A stretch of DNA of 64,000 bases, taken from assembly GCA_963783885.1 (NCBI GenBank), contig CAWAPJ010000012.1, positions 31,781 to 95,780 of the forward strand, written 5' to 3'. The position numbers were made by a program, and so were the translations under genes. Positions 57,479-64,000 of the stretch are shown piece after piece. Each line of letters opens with the position of its first letter. Position 1 is the first letter of the stretch. Below the pieces are notes generated by a model. It worked only from the letters and a program-made list of their open reading frames with translations, ran no database searches and was not told where the DNA came from. Origin of the DNA: Waddliaceae bacterium. GTDB lineage: Bacteria > Chlamydiota > Chlamydiia > Chlamydiales > SLFE01.

Positions 57479-58441
57479 ATGAATAAAAAAAAGGCTAAGC
57501 TCTTAAAAATGATCCATGGCGGACAGGTGTGCCAGATCGTCGCCTCAGCAGCAAGGCTCGGCCTGCCGGACCTTCTAAAAAACGGGCCTAAGTCTCTTGA
57601 GGAGCTTTCCCGAGACCTAAAAATTCCCAAAGACCGTTTGATTCGCCTCATTTCAGCTCTCGTCGCCCTTTTTCTCCTTGAACAAGTTGGAAGCGCCTAC
57701 CGCCTCACAGAAGAAGGCAGCTATCTTGTCAGCGACGCCGAAGACTCGCTTCACGCGATAGCCGCCTATAAAGGCTCTCCTTTTGTTTGGAGATCTTTAG
57801 AAAACCTGGAACAAGGATTAAGAACAGGCCGATCCCCTTTCGAGCTTGCCTACGGCACCGATCAATTCACCTACTTAAGTCAAAATCCCGAAGAGATGGC
57901 CCTTTTTCAAAATGCCATGGCCAGCTATGAAAAACAAAGCAGCCAAAAAATTCTCGAAACATACGATTTCTCATCGATAACATCGGTTCTTGATGTCGGA
58001 GGAGGCACAGGGGGTTTTCTCAAGACACTTATCAGCAAAAATCCGCATCTGACGGGAGCGGTCTTCGACCTTCCCTCCGTACAAGCCGATCGACAATTCC
58101 CCTTCATTGCCGGCGACTTTTTACAAGAGATCCCCACCGGCTACGACGCCTATATTCTCCGCAATATTCTGCACGATTGGCCGGATGAAAAATGTGTGAA
58201 AATTCTTGAAAACCTAAGTTTTGCCCCAAAAGTTCTGATCTTTGAAACTCTATTCGATCACTCCCATGAAAAACGGCTGGGAAAATTCTCCGACTTGTCC
58301 CTATTTACCCTAACCCCAGGAGGCAAAGAGAGGACACTCAAAGAGCTCGAAGCACTCATTCAATCGGCCGGCCTAAAACTTCAAAACGTTTACCGCTCCA
58401 CAAGCTCAAAATCCCTCATTGAATGTATCGGAATCAATTAA
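57479..58441 (+). CDS. SAM-dependent O-methyltransferase (COMT/ASMT type)
   Basis: N-terminal dimerisation HTH, LDVGGG.G, FDLP.V, GDF, ILHDW.D, GKERT. Confidence 0.92.
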   Translation: MNKKKAKLLKMIHGGQVCQIVASAARLGLPDLLKNGPKSLEELSRDLKIPKDRLIRLISALVALFLLEQVGSAYRLTEEGSYLVSDAEDSLHAIAAYKGSPFVWRSLENLEQGLRTGRSPFELAYGTDQFTYLSQNPEEMALFQNAMASYEKQSSQKILETYDFSSITSVLDVGGGTGGFLKTLISKNPHLTGAVFDLPSVQADRQFPFIAGDFLQEIPTGYDAYILRNILHDWPDEKCVKILENLSFAPKVLIFETLFDHSHEKRLGKFSDLSLFTLTPGGKERTLKELEALIQSAGLKLQNVYRSTSSKSLIECIGIN

Positions 58442-58494
58442 ATCTTGTCAGAATAGGCCGTCTCCATTAATTGTTTTATTTTGGAGGTAGCCTC

Positions 58495-59856
58495 ATGTGT
58501 TGTTCTTTGTTCAATCAATATGAATATCCTAAAAAAAGCTGGCTTGTCAATTTTGCCGACCTGATATTGTCGCCAACGCGTCATCTGTTTCACGGAAAAA
58601 AGATCAAATGCTTCGATCTCAATGAAAAATCAGCCACTTTTGAAGAATCGCGCCCCTTTAGGAGCCCATGGGTTCAGACCTTAGAAAAAGTTGCGGCTGT
58701 TGCAGGAGTTCTTCTAAGCAGTCCCCTGATCATTCCTTCATTGATTGTCAAAACAACTGATGAACGCGACAGCCTCATTGCCAAAAGATATTGCCGCCAT
58801 TCATCGGATGATATTTTTTGGAAAGCGCCGCTTCTTAGCAATGATCCGATTATAAGTTTGACAGCAAGAATTCTTCTGAAGCTCACTGGTCTTGATTCCC
58901 TCACCACTTCCATGCAAATACACGGAGACAAAATCCTCCGTAAAATCGCTCCCGGAAGCTACGAAGGCGGCCACTTTTTGGCGGTTTCGGATATGATGCT
59001 CAAAAAAGTGAAGCTTCTGGCCAATCATGTTGACTCCGAGGTTGCCAAAGCCTGCCAAAAAGCCGAAAGATCTCTTAAAAATCTTTTTGACATGTCGAAA
59101 AAAATGGCCCCGATCACTTTCTCACATATATTTTCTATCAAATATCTGCTCAACCCTGAAAAAAGGGTGCAGGATCTTGCAGAAGACGTCGCCGACGAGA
59201 TCAGACATTTAGACATTGAGGGCTCGTATATGATTCCCCTCAATTTCTTCACGACGACCCAAGGCTTCCGCCATATCACAACAACAATCAAGCGCCGCGA
59301 TACTCACGAGTTTGAGTGGCACATTTTCCGGGCCGATACCGGATGCGAAGAAAAGAATAAAACGAGGGGTAAATGCAAGGTCGCTGAAATAATCCTTACC
59401 GGTCTGACTCTCAGACAAATTACCAAGAAAAATTTTCTGAAAAAGATACTCGGCTACGGAACAGCCCGCAAGCCGGATCAAGGTGAGAGGTTTTTCAAAT
59501 TTCTTAGGAAATATGCCAGAAGACACGATAATGTCGCTATTCGAGAAGGCAGGGCCACGAAAAAACTCCCTGCCTCAGACACTTTGTCTCTTAAGACATT
59601 AAAATTTGCCTTAAAAGAGCTCATGGGATTGACTCCCTATAAAAAAGCGATGTTTCTTTTAAAACTTGATGATCTTTCCGACCTCAAGGAAAAAGTCGAA
59701 AAAGAACAAATCACCGGAACCAAACAAAAGAAACACGCGAGAAAACTCCTTCGTCACGCAGAAGAAAAACTGAAAAAAAGGTATGAAAAAATTAAAAAGA
59801 TGATTCCAAAAATTAGTCTTAGTGAAAAACAGATTGCCTTTATCAAAAAATGGTAG
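58495..59856 (+). CDS. Lys-rich effector-like hypothetical; possible Cys-less paralog of 61712-63916
   Basis: GGAGG RBS; hydrophobic hairpin near the N-terminus; local similarity to the H/NTG region of the downstream gene. Confidence 0.65.
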   Translation: MCCSLFNQYEYPKKSWLVNFADLILSPTRHLFHGKKIKCFDLNEKSATFEESRPFRSPWVQTLEKVAAVAGVLLSSPLIIPSLIVKTTDERDSLIAKRYCRHSSDDIFWKAPLLSNDPIISLTARILLKLTGLDSLTTSMQIHGDKILRKIAPGSYEGGHFLAVSDMMLKKVKLLANHVDSEVAKACQKAERSLKNLFDMSKKMAPITFSHIFSIKYLLNPEKRVQDLAEDVADEIRHLDIEGSYMIPLNFFTTTQGFRHITTTIKRRDTHEFEWHIFRADTGCEEKNKTRGKCKVAEIILTGLTLRQITKKNFLKKILGYGTARKPDQGERFFKFLRKYARRHDNVAIREGRATKKLPASDTLSLKTLKFALKELMGLTPYKKAMFLLKLDDLSDLKEKVEKEQITGTKQKKHARKLLRHAEEKLKKRYEKIKKMIPKISLSEKQIAFIKKW

Positions 59857-59879
59857 GACCTCATTCATTCTATGAGATT

Positions 59880-60090
59880 ATGACCCGGGAGAGCAGCGGC
59901 AAAAAAAACCCCTCCCCGACTCACTCGCTATCACAATATAAAACGCATTTTTCTGAATTGTATGACAAAGTCGAGAAAACTTGGAAAGAGGCGACAAAGA
60001 AGCAACTGCTAATCAAATGCGAGCAAGAATACGAGAATCTTTGCCGCATCCATGAAATATCCCTTGAAGAGCGTAAAGATCTCGTATCGG
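59880..60090 (+). pseudogene. 5' part of a hypothetical gene interrupted by IS (possible 3' part 61560-61708)
   Basis: ORF runs into the IS end; an open frame resumes after the IS. Confidence 0.5.
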
Positions 60091-61559
60091 CGTATCGCCA
60101 CCATTTATTTGGACACAAATTTGGCTTAAGGGTGAGATTTTTCCAAACCTCTCAAGCCGCCTCCCATGTCGGACTCTAGCTAAGTTCAGCGATTCGTCAA
60201 GGATTCCCTTCGGCTCGCTTCGCTCGTCCTGGACTTCATCGCTGCCCTTAGCAATTTTGCCTTCCATCGGTTGCGTCTTAAGAGTTTTGTTAAATCTCTT
60301 ATGCTGCATATTTAAACTCCCAGTTTTGGCGAGCTTCTCTAGGGCTGCAATAGCCTAGCTTCTCAAGTAACCATTCATTGTTATAATCCTCTACAAATGA
60401 CTGAATGGCTCGTCTGACCTCATCAAGATTTTTAAAAACTCGACCATGCACACATTGCTCCTTCATCGTTCGATGAAATCGCTCTTCCACCCCGTTGGTT
60501 TCAGGCTCGCCTACTAAGGCATAGCTAAAGTTAAAGCCCCAGTATTTAGCCTCATTCCGATACTCATTGGCTGTGAAGACCGATCCATGATCTGGTCTTA
60601 GACTGATCCCTCTAGCGATACCTGGCATTAGCTCTCCGCAACCAGACCTTACAGCATTTCGTAACACCTCCATCGCAGCGTGTCGATCGCCACGTTTGGT
60701 GACGTGCCACCCAAGACACTCGGAATTCCAGTGGTCAGTGACACCGAAGTACCAAATCCATCCATCATCCTCGGTCCAGATCTTTACTGCATCTGTTGCC
60801 CACATATCGTTGGGAACATCTGTCACGATTCTGCCATCATGTTTTTTTGCCTTTCCTTGGAAACTGCGATGTGGAGATAGAATATTAGCCTCTCTCATAA
60901 GTTTCAAAATCCTGTTTCTCCCTACGCTGATCCCATGATTCCGCCTCAATCGAGCCCATACTTTCCGGTGTCCTTCGCCCGTAAACTTACTCTCTTCAAT
61001 ATCACTACGAATCCACTCAAGGAGGTCTTCATCAGCCATCCAAGGAGTGGGTTCCGGCTTTCTTGTAACGGTGTCTTTTTGCTTTCTTGCTCTTGCGTTG
61101 TAGACGGTTTAGCGAGTTATACCCGAAACCCGGCAGACTCGCTGTAATCCGTATACGCGTCCAGTTGATGAAGAGCTGGAGGTGCTCATTACTTCGACCT
61201 CCTCAATACTAAAGGGCCTTTCTTTTTTACCTGCCGTTTTAGTAGCTCATTTTCCATGGACAGCTCACCTATCTGCTCTTTAGCTCTGGCTAGCAAAGCG
61301 TCCTTTGGATCGTTTACCCTCTGCTTAAAGCCTTCCTCAAGGTGGACCAAAGCTTCCTCTCGCCACTCATTGACGATATGGACAGCCACGCCTACGGCGC
61401 GGCTGACATCATCTATTGCCTCACCTCGGAAAAGCCGTAGTACAACCTCTGCTTTTCGTTTGGCGCTCCATCTCTTTACTGTCTTATCCGTACAATCTGT
61501 TGTTCTCATTGTGTTTCTCCTTGAAAACGATTGGGTATTTTACCCCAAATCAGTGTCCA
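60091..61559 (-). mobile_element. Second, inactivated copy of the IS3/IS481-like element
   Basis: Near-identical to 15417-16885; TCA-to-TAA at 61109-61111 in OrfB; outer about 20 bp of one IR missing; no direct repeat. Confidence 0.92.
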
Positions 61560-61711
61560 GCCAGCGAATTCATAAAAAAGATGCGGCTTTTTGTGAAATG
61601 GCAAAGTTAATTTACAAAGAAAATTCCATTATCCATTCAAATAATTCTCTTGTAGAAGCCGAGAGATGGAGAGAGTTCATTTCAAAAGGACAGCTTCATT
61701 TTGGGTAAATG

Positions 61712-63916
61712 TTAGCCAAAATCTGCAATAAATTGAGCAATCTCATCTTTCCCAGCCATTTGAAAGGCTGTTTTAATTCTCTTAATATAACGCTGACCGA
61801 AAGAGTTGTATTTTGCGAGTTCTTCGATAAGTAATGACAAAGCTTCCTTATTTTCTGACTGATAATTCTGAACCAGCCAATTGATTCCCCAATCAGAATG
61901 CGCTGTCGCAATGATAATATTCAGGAGCTCGCCAGCAAGCCGGGGCCAGTCTTTGTCTAAAACCGAATTTTTAACATTTTCATTCATATTGCTGATGATT
62001 TGCCTCTGATGCTCATATTTGGCCAAAGCCAAAGTCAGATAAAGCTCAGAATGGGGAGCTTCATACTGTTTCTCAAGCCAGCATCTGGCTATAGCCCCTT
62101 GAGCCTCGCGCAATACATGATAACGAACAAACTGAGATTCCCGAGGCAATGACTCAAGATGATCGGTAAGATCGGTTTGTCCCAATTCAATTAAAAGCTG
62201 CTTTAATTGCTTCCAGGCTGTTGAAACTGTTTTTTCATCTTGCGCCATATTGGCTAAAGCAATATCAGCTTTTAACTTTTTCATTTTTGTTATTGAAGCC
62301 TTCTTAATCACTTCATCCGCCTCCTCAAGCCACTTTTTTCCGACTCGGGACAGCATCCGGCTTTTCACGAATTTATAAAGAGCATAGCTTTTTTCAGGAC
62401 TTTCTAATTCAGATTCCATAATTTGATGCCTAAAAAAAGCCATAAAACATTGTGCTGTGCAAGTACCCGCAGCCTGCTTTTGCTCATAATCAAAACGATT
62501 TCCGGAAGGATCTCTTTTTAAACCTCCTTCAGCCAGTTGATGAATGATTTGATAATTCAGATCTACATTTTCGCTTATAAAAGCATCCTGAAAAAGAACT
62601 TCCCACTTTTCCGATTGAAGAAGGGACTTTTTGGGGATTTGATCAAAAATTAAAAAAGTCTGAAAACAATTTGTATCTTTCCACTGAGGATGCCAATGAG
62701 GAACTCCCTTGCCGGTATTGTATTGAATCAATTTAAAGTGATCTTCAGATATTTTCTCGATAAGAAGACACATTTGATGCCTGAAACACCCCAAAGGTAC
62801 CAGGATTTTTTCACCTATTTGCAGATTGTCGATGTCAAACAAAATTTCCTTTATAGCTACTGAACTATGATTATTATCGATTGCATGGTTCCATATCATG
62901 CATTGTCTGATTAAAGGAATCGCTTCTTCACATATTTTTTTACGCAAGTTGGATGGTATTGAAGAAGGCAATTTGACCGATTCAATAGCTCGAATCAAAT
63001 CCTTCCCAGTAAGAAGGAGCTTCAAACCTGTGTAGGCGTGTCTTGTTGGGATCATCATCTTATCCAAAAGAAAATGAAAGGCAGGTTTACTCCTCATATT
63101 CAAGGGATATTCTTTTACGATCAAACCTCTTAAAACATCGAACTCTTTAAGAGCGAAACATAGATTTTTTAACCTATTCTTATTTGTGATTTTAGAAATG
63201 ACCCATTTATCCCAAGGTGTCGTTTTTAATTTTTGAATAAGCGGCAGATAAGCTTGAATCAGATCATAGGATTTCACTGCCAGAATTTGTTTATCAATTT
63301 GCTGTTTAAAGAATGAGAGGTAAGGTAAATTGGTTTCATTCAACTTCTTTAAATATCTTCGTACCAAAGGCTCACTAATCAAAATCCTTTGAGGCAAAAA
63401 TTCTTTCTTAAACGCTTCAAACCATCTTAAGAAAAGATCGACAGATTCTTTGGCATACTGCTTTTCAAGCGATTGATTTAACGATGGTCTTTCTTTGTCG
63501 ACCAATGATATGAGATGCTCACATTCGGTATTGCAACAAAAAACAAGACCGGATTTAACCAAAGAGGAATATATCCGAGAATCTTCTTCTCCTTGAAAAT
63601 TTCTGTTATACATATGCTCGGTCAAAGTTTGCAGCGCCTGGTGATATTCAAATGTCATCTCTTTTGGCACATTAAAATAGAGTATTGCTTTGAAGAATAA
63701 CCGATCAATGGTCTGATGAAGCTTTCCCAGGTATTTTATATTCTCATTTGCCCGACTGAAAGCTTCTAACAAAGGTTTCATGTCTTTCTGACTTGGTTTA
63801 GAGGCAAGATATTTGCAAAATTCTTCCTCGATCTTATCAGCAGTATCCTCACTAAAATTCTCAAGCCGAAAACTGAAAGAATTCAAATTATACGAACTAG
63901 TATAGTTTATATTCAT
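61712..63916 (-). CDS. Large effector-like protein with a putative H-N-Q-C cysteine protease core
   Basis: RHQMCLLI...YNTGKG...QAAGTC motif order; AT-rich with AT-rich upstream region. Confidence 0.65.
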   Translation of the reverse strand: MNINYTSSYNLNSFSFRLENFSEDTADKIEEEFCKYLASKPSQKDMKPLLEAFSRANENIKYLGKLHQTIDRLFFKAILYFNVPKEMTFEYHQALQTLTEHMYNRNFQGEEDSRIYSSLVKSGLVFCCNTECEHLISLVDKERPSLNQSLEKQYAKESVDLFLRWFEAFKKEFLPQRILISEPLVRRYLKKLNETNLPYLSFFKQQIDKQILAVKSYDLIQAYLPLIQKLKTTPWDKWVISKITNKNRLKNLCFALKEFDVLRGLIVKEYPLNMRSKPAFHFLLDKMMIPTRHAYTGLKLLLTGKDLIRAIESVKLPSSIPSNLRKKICEEAIPLIRQCMIWNHAIDNNHSSVAIKEILFDIDNLQIGEKILVPLGCFRHQMCLLIEKISEDHFKLIQYNTGKGVPHWHPQWKDTNCFQTFLIFDQIPKKSLLQSEKWEVLFQDAFISENVDLNYQIIHQLAEGGLKRDPSGNRFDYEQKQAAGTCTAQCFMAFFRHQIMESELESPEKSYALYKFVKSRMLSRVGKKWLEEADEVIKKASITKMKKLKADIALANMAQDEKTVSTAWKQLKQLLIELGQTDLTDHLESLPRESQFVRYHVLREAQGAIARCWLEKQYEAPHSELYLTLALAKYEHQRQIISNMNENVKNSVLDKDWPRLAGELLNIIIATAHSDWGINWLVQNYQSENKEALSLLIEELAKYNSFGQRYIKRIKTAFQMAGKDEIAQFIADFG

Positions 63917-64000
63917 ATTTTATATATTTTTTTATTAAAGTAATAATAATAACGAATATTATATTAAAAATAAAGGTAAGCGTTCGGTGATCTACGCTCT

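Noticed and set aside
1-64000. CRISPR array, tRNA, rRNA, prophage
   Set aside because: No regularly spaced repeats, cloverleafs, rRNA-like tracts or phage structural cluster were seen by eye.

Overview
This 64 kb window most likely comes from an environmental (Parachlamydiales/Waddlia-like) chlamydia. The start follows the Chlamydia core order V-ATPase A / DUF2764 / E, two conserved hypotheticals, tal, and a divergent NTT-like carrier is present. The rest is largely accessory. It holds a complete myo-inositol catabolic cluster (iolA,G,E,D,C,B plus an MFS permease) next to a trehalase, and several AT-rich effector-like genes: a Ser/Thr kinase, an AvrB/XopAH-like Fido protein, a polyproline coiled-coil protein, and a CE-clan-like cysteine protease with a Cys-less paralog. 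It also holds a CPPED1-like phosphatase operon, a lysozyme-like/RsiV-like pair, a YafQ-type TA module and a nest of IS elements. The most striking non-coding signal is in the IS elements. An IS982-family element has long subterminal hairpins at both ends with the same apex and strand-specific G-U pairing, plus a fold-back MITE derived from its left end. An IS3-like element has a 15-bp target duplication and a long 3' hairpin. Several single-base frameshifts in otherwise intact genes look like assembly errors. No rRNA, tRNA or CRISPR array was seen. All family calls come from motif recognition by eye, not from database searches.
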